A DNA stretch of 64,000 bases from Desulfobulbaceae bacterium (GTDB lineage Bacteria > Desulfobacterota > Desulfobulbia > Desulfobulbales > Desulfobulbaceae). Made by a program: the position numbers and the translations under genes. Position 1 is the stretch's first letter; the number at the start of each line of letters is the position of its first letter. Location of the stretch: assembly GCA_015484845.1 (NCBI GenBank), contig WFUT01000074.1, forward strand, positions 19,388-83,387, read 5' to 3'. Under the pieces are notes generated by a model. The model searched no databases. It had not been told where the DNA came from and was given only the letters and a program-made list of their open reading frames with translations. Shown here piece after piece: positions 18,177-27,183 of this stretch.

Positions 18177-19229
18177 ATGCTGGTTATCTGCGAGGAATGC
18201 GCAAAGAAATACAACATCGACGAGAACCGGATCAAGGGTGACCGGGCCCGTTTCTCCTGTCTCGAATGCGGCCATATCATTGTTGTCGAAAAACCGCGAA
18301 GTCACTCCTCCGGCGATGCGGCCGGTGAAGAGCTGGCCATGACAATGGCGGGGCAGGATATGGCCGACGATCCGTCCGCGGATGACAGCCGTGCGGCCAC
18401 CGGCGGCAGGAAAGATGCCGGCAGGCAGGGCGCCAGGTCCGGGAAGAGGGGCAGGGGGGTGCCCATCGGTCTCTATCTCCTCGTTGCCCTGACCATCGGC
18501 TTTCTTACCATCACCGGGGTCATGGCCTATCTCTACCTTCGGTACATCCCCGAGCTGATGAACCACCAGGTCGATCTCCGGACCACGGATATCGCCATCT
18601 CCTTCGGCGGTTCGGTCAAGCAGCCCCTGCTGGTGCGCAACTACCTCCTGGTCAACAAGGAGGCGGAACGGATCAGCCGCCTGCCGGGAGTGGCCTATGC
18701 CGCGGTGGTCAACAAGCGGGGTATCGTAGTCGCCGGTTTTTTCAGCGATCTCTCCAGGTTCTCCCCTGATTTCGCCAGGCAGGTGAAGGAAAAGGGCTTT
18801 CCGCAGGTGATTGTCCGGCAGAACCACCTTGCCGCCGGCAGCAGGGAAAAGGACCATGTCTTCACCCTGGGCGGTCAGAAACTGCACGACAAGGCCATTG
18901 CCCTGCCCGATGTGGGCGGCGAGGTCCATGTGGGCATCTACATCTCTGACGTGGACAGGTCGATCAGGAAGGTCCTGCTCTCGCCGACCACGTTCTCCCT
19001 GCTCGGCCTGGTCCTGTTCAGTGGTATCCTCACCTTTTTCCTGATCGCCCGTTCGATCTCCAGGCCACTGCAGGAGCTGACCGAGGTGGTGAACCGGATC
19101 TCGCTGGGTGAACTGGACCTGGCCGTGGAACCGCGTGGCCCACGGGAGGTGCGCGAGCTGGCCTCGGCCTTTGAGCGGATGCAGTATTCCATCAAGGCCG
19201 CCCTGGAACGGATGCGCCGCTCCAGCTAG
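18177..19229 (+). CDS. Zinc-ribbon (MJ0042-like) plus 2-TM periplasmic sensor plus HAMP protein, with no output domain
   Basis: CEEC...CLEC finger, TM1, ~150-aa extracytoplasmic domain, TM2 and HAMP (ISRPLQELTEVVNRISLGELD...EVRELASAFERMQ), then stop. Strong AGGAGG RBS. Confidence 0.85.
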   Translation: MLVICEECAKKYNIDENRIKGDRARFSCLECGHIIVVEKPRSHSSGDAAGEELAMTMAGQDMADDPSADDSRAATGGRKDAGRQGARSGKRGRGVPIGLYLLVALTIGFLTITGVMAYLYLRYIPELMNHQVDLRTTDIAISFGGSVKQPLLVRNYLLVNKEAERISRLPGVAYAAVVNKRGIVVAGFFSDLSRFSPDFARQVKEKGFPQVIVRQNHLAAGSREKDHVFTLGGQKLHDKAIALPDVGGEVHVGIYISDVDRSIRKVLLSPTTFSLLGLVLFSGILTFFLIARSISRPLQELTEVVNRISLGELDLAVEPRGPREVRELASAFERMQYSIKAALERMRRSS

Positions 19230-19334
19230 GCGCCCCGGGATCGGTGCCGCGGCCCGGACGCCCTGCCACGGCGACCGGGCGGGCCGGGGCGATGGTGTTC
19301 CCGTTTCTGACCAATACAAGGAGAAGCAGCAGCC

Positions 19335-20192
19335 ATGACCCACCTCAGACCAAGGCTTATTGTCTGCACCCTGCTCTGCCTGCTCGCCACCGGCTCCCAG
19401 GCCATGGCGGCCTATACCCTGTCCATGCTGCCCCGGTACTCCATCGAGGAGATCCACCGCCGCATCGCGCCCCTGGCCGACTACCTGCAGAGCGCCACCG
19501 GCCTGACCATCAGGCCGGTCCTGGTGCCCACCTTTGCCCGCTACCAGAAACAGCTCGCCTCGGGCATCGATATCGGCTACGAGAATCCCTACATCTATGC
19601 CCTGGCCTCGGGTGCGCACGAGGTCGTTGCCATGGCGGAAAAGGGCAAGGACAACGACCGGTTCCGTGGCATCATCATTGTCCGTGCCGACAGCCCCATC
19701 AGCTCGCTTGAGCAGCTGCGCGGCAAGACCATCTCCATTGTCGGTTTCACCAGCGCCGGCGGCTACCTGTCCCAGAAGCTGACCCTGCAGGAACATGGCC
19801 TGGCGGTGCGCAGGGAATGCCGGGTGGAGGAGGCGCCGGACAACAAGCAGGAGAACGTCATCCTCGCCGTCTACACCGGTGACGCGGATGCCGGTTTCAT
19901 CAGGGAATCGGCCCTGCACAGGGTGGACAACTACGTGCCGCCCGCGGCGATCCGGGTCCTGGCCGAGACGGCCTGGCTACCCAACTGGGCCCTGTCCGTG
20001 CGCCGGTCCATGCCGGCCGCGGACAAGGAAAAGATCACCAGGGCCCTGCTCAAGCTCGCCCCGGACAGCCTTGTGCTCAAGGCCCTCAAGATCAAAAAAT
20101 TCCGCCGCGCCAACGATGCCGAGTACAACAGTATCCGCAGGGCGGCCGGCCTGCCCCTTCCCGCAGCCGCCACCACTCCAGCCAACCAGTGA
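19335..20192 (+). CDS. Phosphate/phosphite/phosphonate (PhnD-like) periplasmic binding protein 1
   Basis: Signal peptide, LSMLPRY, FRGIIIVRADSPI, TSAGGYL, DAGFIRESAL and WLPNWA. Confidence 0.85.
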   Translation: MTHLRPRLIVCTLLCLLATGSQAMAAYTLSMLPRYSIEEIHRRIAPLADYLQSATGLTIRPVLVPTFARYQKQLASGIDIGYENPYIYALASGAHEVVAMAEKGKDNDRFRGIIIVRADSPISSLEQLRGKTISIVGFTSAGGYLSQKLTLQEHGLAVRRECRVEEAPDNKQENVILAVYTGDADAGFIRESALHRVDNYVPPAAIRVLAETAWLPNWALSVRRSMPAADKEKITRALLKLAPDSLVLKALKIKKFRRANDAEYNSIRRAAGLPLPAAATTPANQ

Positions 20193-21022
20193 TCCTCTGC
20201 CGGGCAATGAAAAATTTCCTCCTGCTTTTCGTCCTCCTGTCCGCCGTTGCGGCCTCTCCCTGCCGGGGAGCGGAGTACAACCTCTCCATGCTGCCCCGCT
20301 ACTTTCCCGAAAAACTGACCGCCATGATCACGCCGCTGGCAGAGTATCTGTCGCAGAAGACCGGCCAGCGGATGACCCCGGTGCTCACTGACAACTTTGC
20401 CCAGTACGAGGCCCGGCTGCTGAACGGAACCATAAGGATCGGCTATGAAAACCCGCTGGTCTATGTCAATGTCTCCAGGGTGCACCAGGTCCTGGTGACC
20501 GCGGTCAAGGGCAAGGGAGGCGACCGGTTCCGCGGCATCATCATTGCGCGACCTGATTCCGGCATCAGGTCACCGGCCGACCTGAAAAACAAGAAAATCA
20601 TGATCGTGGGCAGGACCTCGGCCGGCGGCTACCTGTCCCAGAAGATCGCCCTGGCAGGAGTAGGGCTGGACGTGGACCGTGACTGCCAGCTCAGCGTCGC
20701 TGCCGACAACCGGCAGGAAAATGTCATTATCTCGGTGGCCATCGGCGACGTGGACGCCGGATTTATCAGGGAATCCGCCCTGCACAAGGCGGACAAGTAC
20801 ATCGTTCCGGGCTCGGTCGGCGTGGTCTACAGGGCGGCATGGCTGCCCAACTGGGCCTTTTCCGTGGACCGGAGCCTGCCGGCCGCCCTGAAGCAGCGCA
20901 TCAAAAGCGCGCTGCTGGCGCTCGACAGCAAGAGCAAGGTCCTGCAGGCCATGGGCCTGAAGGGCTTCAAGGAGGCCAGGGACAGTGACTACGACGTGAT
21001 GCGGAAATTCAAGACCAGGTAA
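20189..21022 (+). CDS. PhnD-like periplasmic binding protein 2 (tandem paralogue)
   Basis: Same motif set as protein 1. GTG start overlaps the previous stop (GTGA); alternative ATG at 20207. Confidence 0.85.
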   Translation: MILCRAMKNFLLLFVLLSAVAASPCRGAEYNLSMLPRYFPEKLTAMITPLAEYLSQKTGQRMTPVLTDNFAQYEARLLNGTIRIGYENPLVYVNVSRVHQVLVTAVKGKGGDRFRGIIIARPDSGIRSPADLKNKKIMIVGRTSAGGYLSQKIALAGVGLDVDRDCQLSVAADNRQENVIISVAIGDVDAGFIRESALHKADKYIVPGSVGVVYRAAWLPNWAFSVDRSLPAALKQRIKSALLALDSKSKVLQAMGLKGFKEARDSDYDVMRKFKTR

Positions 21023-21032
21023 GCGGAAGAAA

Positions 21033-22025
21033 ATGCTTGTTCCCAGGGAAAAACCATATATGCAGGGGTTGAACAGCTATTACCTGGATATTGCCAGGTT
21101 CGTGGAACACCTGCAGGGAGAGATCGGCTCCGGCTGCATCTACGGCCGGTCCTCGGGCGATGAGATCCTTGTCTATTTCGACGAAAGCGAGGTCCTGCGC
21201 GGCATCATCCAGAACAGCGGCGAGCGGGCACGGGTCTCGCCGGAGCTCAAACCGGTCCTGGCCGCCCTGGGTCGCAAGAGCTTCAACATCGAGGTCTACC
21301 ACCTCGATGCCAATGCCATCTTCTTCTGGGGCCAGTTGCCGCCGTTCAAGCGGGCGCGGGCCACGCTGCGCTCCTCGGACATTCCCCTGCCGGAACTGAT
21401 CTTTCGCCTCAAGCAGAAACGGTTTTCCGGCTTTGTCGACATCCGCCTGGCCGGCAGGGAGGACAGCGCTGTCCTCTTTTTCCACAACGGCCGCCGTGTC
21501 GGAGGCTCCTACTCCTGGGGCAGGGGAGGGCTCAATGCCTCCAACGAGGACTACAACCAGCTGCTGGCCCGGCTCCAGGCCCACCGGGGGCTCTTTGCCG
21601 TTGGCCACTTCCTGGCCGAGCGGGCCAGGCCGGAGGCAAAGAAGGAGACGACTTCCGATGACAGCGATGCCAACGAGGAACTCTTCTCCAACCTGGCCAC
21701 GGCCCTGGAGGAATTTCTTGATATCTACATCCAGGTCATGGCCCGGAAGAAGAAGGCCGAGCCCGTGCTCCGGCTCAAGCAGACCTTCCTCGACCGGCTC
21801 GACGACTATCCCTTCCTTGATCCCTTCCTGGGGATCTTCGACTACGCGGACGGGTCGGTCCGGTTCGCCGACGACGCGCCCCGCAACAGGATCGCCGACG
21901 CCGTGGTGGACTGCGCCTGGCAGGTAATCGACAGTGCCGGCCTGCAGAAGAAGTTCCGCAGCGAACTGTCCAGGTGGTCCTACCGTACTGCCCTCGAGGA
22001 GCGGGGCATCCGGGTGGACCGCTGA
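21033..22025 (+). CDS. Conserved cytoplasmic protein with two DUF4388/PATAN-like repeats
   Basis: Repeat 1 (LDIARFVEHLQGEIGSGCIY...LVYFDESE) and repeat 2 (IPLPELIFRLKQKRFSGFVDI...VLFFHNGRRVGG) resemble the DUF4388 pattern. The domain name is an inference. Confidence 0.55.
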   Translation: MLVPREKPYMQGLNSYYLDIARFVEHLQGEIGSGCIYGRSSGDEILVYFDESEVLRGIIQNSGERARVSPELKPVLAALGRKSFNIEVYHLDANAIFFWGQLPPFKRARATLRSSDIPLPELIFRLKQKRFSGFVDIRLAGREDSAVLFFHNGRRVGGSYSWGRGGLNASNEDYNQLLARLQAHRGLFAVGHFLAERARPEAKKETTSDDSDANEELFSNLATALEEFLDIYIQVMARKKKAEPVLRLKQTFLDRLDDYPFLDPFLGIFDYADGSVRFADDAPRNRIADAVVDCAWQVIDSAGLQKKFRSELSRWSYRTALEERGIRVDR

Positions 22026-23116
22026 GCGGCGCCCCTGGCGGTTGCCGCTTTCCCCCCTTTTTCCGTTTCCCTTCCGGCCAGCTGACCGCAGGCCGCAGAG
22101 ATGTCATCTCCCCGGCTCTGCCGGATAAAGACCGTGTAGCCCCGGCTGCGCAGGATCTCCTGGAAACGCAGGACCCGGTCCCTGCCGGGACTCGTGAATT
22201 CGCCGGAGCCGGTCTCGTTCATGGAGAGCAGGTTGATCTTGCAGGGGACCTGTTCCAGGAGAGTGGCCAGGCGCAGGGCGTCGCTGTCAGAATCGTTGAT
22301 GCCGCGCAGCAGGGTATACTCGAACATGATCCGCTGCCGCCTCTTGCGGGGAAAGGCCCGGCAGGCGGCCATGAGCTCGGCCAGGGGCCAGCGGTCATTG
22401 ACCGGCATGATGCGGCTGCGGGTGGCGTCGTCCGTGGCATGGAGGGATACGGCCAGGTTGACACTGGTCCTGCTGCCCAGCTCCAGCATCTGCGGCACCA
22501 GGCCGCAGGTGGAGACCGTGATCCGGCGGCTGGCAAAGTCCAGGCCGCGTTGCTCGGTCAGGATGGAGAGGGCGTCGAGCAGGTTGGCCAGGTTGGCCAG
22601 CGGCTCGCCCATGCCCATGAAGACCAGGTTGGTCAGGCGACCGCGGTCATGGGCCTGCATCCAGTCGCGCACCGCGCAGACCTGGTTGACGATCTCGGCG
22701 GTCTCCAGGTTGCGGGCAAACCCCATGGCGCCGGTGAGACAGAAGCGGCAGCCCATGGCGCATCCCACCTGCGAGGAGACGCAGAGGGTGTTGCGGTCCT
22801 CCTCCGGGATCAGGACCGACTCGATCATGTGGCCGTCGGCCAGGGGAAAGCCGAACTTGACAGAACCGTCCCGGGAGACCTGGATGACGGGATCAGTGAG
22901 TTGGCTGATCACGGCCCGCTCCTCCAGCACGGCCCGGAATTCCTTTGCCAGGTCGGTCATGGCCGAAAATTCCGGCCTGCCCGGCCGGTAGATCCAGGCC
23001 AGGAGCTGGCGGCCCCGGAAGGCGGGCTGGCCCAGGGACTCGACAAAGGCGATGAGCTGCTCCTGGGTCAGGTTCTTGAGGTCGATCTTTTCCTGTTCGT
23101 CGGGCATGGCGGTCAC
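21980..23116 (-). CDS. rlmN: 23S rRNA m2A2503 / tRNA m2A37 methyltransferase RlmN
   Basis: CVSSQVGCAMGCRFC, VFMGMGEPL, LAVSLHA, FEYTLL and RGDDISAACGQL. Confidence 0.96.
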   Translation of the reverse strand: MTAMPDEQEKIDLKNLTQEQLIAFVESLGQPAFRGRQLLAWIYRPGRPEFSAMTDLAKEFRAVLEERAVISQLTDPVIQVSRDGSVKFGFPLADGHMIESVLIPEEDRNTLCVSSQVGCAMGCRFCLTGAMGFARNLETAEIVNQVCAVRDWMQAHDRGRLTNLVFMGMGEPLANLANLLDALSILTEQRGLDFASRRITVSTCGLVPQMLELGSRTSVNLAVSLHATDDATRSRIMPVNDRWPLAELMAACRAFPRKRRQRIMFEYTLLRGINDSDSDALRLATLLEQVPCKINLLSMNETGSGEFTSPGRDRVLRFQEILRSRGYTVFIRQSRGDDISAACGQLAGRETEKGGKAATARGAAQRSTRMPRSSRAVR

Positions 23117-23979
23117 AGGGCGCGCTGGGATTCGGGGGTGAGGTGGAGGGCTCCGGATATGGCCTGTTCCACGGTGGCCAGGAATCTCTCCCTGTCCCTG
23201 GGCAGACGGCCATCCAGGGAAAAGTAGTTGGAGGCATGGTTGGCCTGGAACTGGGCCCGCAGCTCCAGGCCCCGGATCATGGTCTGCAACTCCCGGAACA
23301 GCCCGGTCCGGTCCGGCATGCGAAAGACGCCCTGCCGGGCCTGGCGCCCCAGTTCGGTGTTGTCGAGCAGCATCAGGGTGAGCACGGCCACCTGGCTGGG
23401 CTGCATCCGGTTGAGGACCTCGGCCGTTGCCCGGGCATGGGCCAGGGAACGGTCCTTGCCGGCAATGCCCAGCAGGCAGGTGACCGAGAGGAAGATCCCT
23501 GTCCGGCGTACCCGGCGGCCGGCCTCGATCATGGTTGCGCTGTCCGCTCCCTTGCCGATGGCCGCCAGGGTGGCGTCGTCACCGCTCTCAAGCCCCATGT
23601 AGATGCGGCCAAGGCCCAGTTCCTTCAACTCCGCCAGCTGCTCCACGTCCAGGCGCAGGATGTCGCGGCTGTTGGCGTACAGGGCAATACGCCGTACCCA
23701 GGGCAACTCCCGCCTGATCCTGCGACAGAGGGCGCGCAGGCGCGGGTAGGGCATGGCCAGGGCGTCGCCATCGGCCAGGAAGACGGTCTTCTGCCGCCGG
23801 CAGTGGCGGCCGGCAAAGCCGATGTCGCGGCCGATCTCCTCGTCGTTCCTGATCCGGAACCGCTTGTCCCGGTAGGCGCCGCAGAAGGTGCAGCGGTTGT
23901 GGGAACAGCCCAGGGTCACCTGCAGGATGATGGAATGGGCCTCGCTGGGCGGCCTGATCACGGTGCCCTCGTAGTGCAT
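23113..23979 (-). CDS. Radical SAM protein of unknown function
   Basis: MHYEGTVIRPPSEAHSIILQVTLGCSHNRCTFC (CxxxCxxC), YMGLESGD and FQANHASNY. Start set at ATG 23979. Confidence 0.88.
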   Translation of the reverse strand: MHYEGTVIRPPSEAHSIILQVTLGCSHNRCTFCGAYRDKRFRIRNDEEIGRDIGFAGRHCRRQKTVFLADGDALAMPYPRLRALCRRIRRELPWVRRIALYANSRDILRLDVEQLAELKELGLGRIYMGLESGDDATLAAIGKGADSATMIEAGRRVRRTGIFLSVTCLLGIAGKDRSLAHARATAEVLNRMQPSQVAVLTLMLLDNTELGRQARQGVFRMPDRTGLFRELQTMIRGLELRAQFQANHASNYFSLDGRLPRDRERFLATVEQAISGALHLTPESQRAL

Positions 23980-24016
23980 CTTGATCCTTGGCGCCGGTGC
24001 CGGGCGTACCGCCTCG

Positions 24017-25099
24017 TCAGCCGTGGGCGCGGGCAAAGGCGGCCATGAAGTCCACCAGCTTCTCCACGCCCTCCACCGGAAAGGCGTTGTAGATCGAGGC
24101 CCGGCAGCCGCCGATGGAGCGGTGCCCCTTGAGCCCGTCCAGGCCGACGGCGGCGGCCTCGCTGATAAAGCGGGCCTCCAGTTCCGGGGTGGGCAGGTTG
24201 AAGGAGATGTTCATCATGGAGCGCGAATCCTTCTCGGCATGGCCCCGGTAGAAGTCGGTGGCGTCGATGGCCTCGTAGACCATGGCCGCCTTCCTGCGAT
24301 TGATCTTCTCTATGGCCTCCACGCCTCCCTGCTCCTTGAGCCAGTGCATGACCCGGCCCACGCAGTAGATGGCGAAACAGGGCGGGGTGTTGAACATGGA
24401 ATCCTTGTCGGCATGGGTCCTGTAGCGGAGCATGGTGGGGATATCTTCCGGCGCGCGGTCGAGCAGGTCGTCGCGGATGATGACCACGGTGACCCCGGCC
24501 GGGCCCATGTTCTTCTGGGCGCCGGCAAAGATGATCCCGAACCGGCTCACGTCCACGGGCCGGGAGAGGATATCCGACGACATGTCGGCAACGAGCATGG
24601 TATCGGTCGTGGGCATGGTGCGGAACTGGGTGCCGTAGATGGTGTTGTTGGAGACAAAGTAGAGGTACTCGCTGTCGGGCGCCACCGTGTACTCGTCGTC
24701 GGCAGGCACCCGGTTGAAGGTGGTGTCCTCGCTGGAATAGGCCACGTCGATATCACCAAAGAGCCGGGCCTCCTTGATCGCCTTCTTCGACCAGGTGCCG
24801 GTGTTGAGATAGGTGGCCTTTTTGCCGCCGGAAAGCAGGTTCATGGGCACCATGAAGAACTGGGACGAGGCGCCGCCCTGCAGAAACAGGATCCTGTAGT
24901 TGTCGGGCACGGCCATGAGTTCACGGATCAATGCCTCGGTCTCCGCGGCCACGGCCATGAACTCCTTGCTGCGGTGGCTCAGCTCGATGAGCCCGATCCC
25001 CTTGTCGTGGAAGTTGACGATATCACGCGCCGCCTCCTGGAGCACGGAGTAGGGCAGGGTGGCCGGACCGGGACTGAAATTATAGATTCTTTCGGGCAT
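24017..25099 (-). CDS. serC: Phosphoserine aminotransferase
   Basis: YNFSPGPATLP, ELSHRS, FLQGGASSQF, FAGAQKNMGPAG, NTPP and GHRSIGGCRASIYNA. Confidence 0.97.
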   Translation of the reverse strand: MPERIYNFSPGPATLPYSVLQEAARDIVNFHDKGIGLIELSHRSKEFMAVAAETEALIRELMAVPDNYRILFLQGGASSQFFMVPMNLLSGGKKATYLNTGTWSKKAIKEARLFGDIDVAYSSEDTTFNRVPADDEYTVAPDSEYLYFVSNNTIYGTQFRTMPTTDTMLVADMSSDILSRPVDVSRFGIIFAGAQKNMGPAGVTVVIIRDDLLDRAPEDIPTMLRYRTHADKDSMFNTPPCFAIYCVGRVMHWLKEQGGVEAIEKINRRKAAMVYEAIDATDFYRGHAEKDSRSMMNISFNLPTPELEARFISEAAAVGLDGLKGHRSIGGCRASIYNAFPVEGVEKLVDFMAAFARAHG

Positions 25100-25147
25100 G
25101 GGGTATTTTCTCCAGGTAAATCAGAAGGCAGATGTACAGCCATATCC

Positions 25148-25624
25148 TCAGGGCCGCTGGCGCAGCCTGATCTGGCGCAGGGCCTCGTAGAGGACGATGC
25201 CTGCGCTCATGGCCAGGTTCAGGCTGCGGATATGCGGATTTTCCATCGGGATGGTATAACAGCGGTCCTGGTACAGTGCAAGAATTTCTTCCGGCAGGCC
25301 CCTGGTCTCGCGTCCGAAAACGAGCATGTCGCCGCAGCGGAAGGTCGCCTCGGTATAGGCGCGGCCGGTCCTGGTGGTAAAGAAGAAGAGGTTGCGCTCG
25401 TCCTGGGCCTGGAGAAAGTCGTCGATTCCCGGCCAGTGGCGGATCATGACATGGGGCCAGTAGTCCAGGCCAGCCCGTTTCAGGTGCCGGTCGTCGGTGG
25501 AGAATCCCAGGGGATGGACCAGGTCGAGCACCGTGTTGGTGGCACCGCAGAGCCTGGCGATGGAGCCGGTGTTGGGCGGAATCTCGGGTTCCACGAGAAC
25601 GATGTGCAGGGGAGGCTCGGGCAT
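25148..25624 (-). CDS. trmL: tRNA (cytidine/uridine-34-2'-O)-methyltransferase
   Basis: HIVLVEPEIPPNTGSIARLC, RAGLDYW, FGRETRGL and RSLNLAMSAGIVLYEA. Confidence 0.95.
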   Translation of the reverse strand: MPEPPLHIVLVEPEIPPNTGSIARLCGATNTVLDLVHPLGFSTDDRHLKRAGLDYWPHVMIRHWPGIDDFLQAQDERNLFFFTTRTGRAYTEATFRCGDMLVFGRETRGLPEEILALYQDRCYTIPMENPHIRSLNLAMSAGIVLYEALRQIRLRQRP

Positions 25625-25940
25625 TGCTTGATCCTGTTTGGGGTGTTGCGAAACAGCGGGCCATGGTCTTTTCGTGGCCCGCTTTGTACCAGAGGATGGA
25701 TTGAGGTTGCAAATTTAAAAATACGTTTTACATTCTTACAATTCAGTTTCGGCCCGGCGCTCGGCAAGGTTGCCACACGACACGGCCTCCTGCTCGCTTG
25801 CGGCCGGCAAGGAGTACCGGATTTTCAGCTCACAGGCATAATAAACAATACCGGAGGATAAGAGGCCAGTCCCCTTGAGGGACGCCGCGGGTGCGAACCG
25901 GCCTGGCCTCTGTCCCCCTGTCTTCTGTCTTCTGATATCT

Positions 25941-27179
25941 ATGGCGTTGATAGTGCAGAAATATGGTGGCACCTCGGTTGGTTCCACGGACAAGATCAAG
26001 GCGGTGGCCAGGCGGGTCATCGAGTGCCAGGACCGGGGCAACCAGATGGTGGTGGTCCTCTCGGCCATGTCCGGCGAGACCGACCGGCTGACCGCCATGG
26101 CCAACGAAATCCAGAAAATCCCCAACCTGCGCGAGATGGACATGCTCCTGTCCACGGGCGAACAGGTCACCATTGCCCTGTTTGCCATGGCGGTCAAGGA
26201 GGCGGGTTCTGATGCCATCTCCCTCCTGGGCGACCAGGTGCGGATCAGGACCGACCGGATGCACACCAGGGCCAGGATCCGTGACATCGACACCACGCTG
26301 CTGAAGAAGCACCTGGACGCGGGCAGGATCGTCACCGTGGCCGGTTTCCAGGGCGTGGACGACGATGGCGACATCACCACCCTGGGCCGCGGCGGCTCCG
26401 ATACCACGGCCGTGGCCCTGGCAGCGGCACTGGGCGCCGATGCCTGCGAGATATTCACCGACGTGGAGGGTGTCTACACCACAGACCCCAACGTCTGCAG
26501 CAAGGCCCGCAAGATCGACCGGATATCGTATGACGAGATGCTGGAGCTGGCCAGCCTGGGCGCCAAGGTGCTGGATATCCGCTCGGTGGGGCTGGCCAAG
26601 CGCTACAGGGTGCCGGTCCATGTCCGGTCAACATTTTCTGAAAACGAAGGAACCTGGGTAGTGGAGGAGGACAGGATTATGGAGTCCATGCTGGTTTCCG
26701 GCGTCACCTATAACAGGAACGAGGCCCGCATCACGATCAAAAAAGTCCCTGACCAGCCGGGTATCGCGGCCAAGATCTTTCTGCCCATCTCCGACGCCGG
26801 CATCCTGGTGGACATGATTATCCAGAACACCCGGGATTCCCATCTCACGGACATGACCTTCACGGTGATGCGCAACGACTATGCCAGGGCCATGGAGATC
26901 GTCAGAAGGGTGGCCGAGGAGATCGGCGCCGAGTCCGTGACCGGCGACCAGGACATCGTCAAGGTCTCCATTGTCGGCGTCGGCATGCGCAACCATTCAG
27001 GTATTGCATCAACCATGTTTCAGATCCTCGCGAAAGAAGGTATCAATATGATGATGGTGTCGACATCGGAGATCAAGGTGTCCTGCATCATCTCCGAGAA
27101 GTATACCGAACTTGCCGTCCGGGCACTGCACGATGCCTTTGCCCTGGACAAGGACAACGTACCTCTGGAAGAGGAGTGA
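25941..27179 (+). CDS. lysC: Aspartate kinase
   Basis: MALIVQKYGGTSVG, STGEQVT, TTLGRGGSDTTA, and two ACT domains ending STSEIKVSC. Start ATG 25941. Confidence 0.96.
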   Translation: MALIVQKYGGTSVGSTDKIKAVARRVIECQDRGNQMVVVLSAMSGETDRLTAMANEIQKIPNLREMDMLLSTGEQVTIALFAMAVKEAGSDAISLLGDQVRIRTDRMHTRARIRDIDTTLLKKHLDAGRIVTVAGFQGVDDDGDITTLGRGGSDTTAVALAAALGADACEIFTDVEGVYTTDPNVCSKARKIDRISYDEMLELASLGAKVLDIRSVGLAKRYRVPVHVRSTFSENEGTWVVEEDRIMESMLVSGVTYNRNEARITIKKVPDQPGIAAKIFLPISDAGILVDMIIQNTRDSHLTDMTFTVMRNDYARAMEIVRRVAEEIGAESVTGDQDIVKVSIVGVGMRNHSGIASTMFQILAKEGINMMMVSTSEIKVSCIISEKYTELAVRALHDAFALDKDNVPLEEE

Positions 27180-27183
27180 GACC

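Noticed and set aside
19335-21022. Phosphonate/phosphite ABC transporter (phnCDE/ptxABC)
   Set aside because: Only binding proteins are present; there is no ATPase, permease, C-P lyase or ptxD nearby.
21980-22025. 46-nt convergent overlap between rlmN and the DUF4388-like gene
   Set aside because: The RlmN tail after the conserved ACGQL is low-complexity, which fits simple stop-codon drift; there is no evidence of function.
25625-25940. Lysine riboswitch upstream of lysC
   Set aside because: The conserved lysine-riboswitch core and its ~170-nt multi-stem layout are not recognisable.
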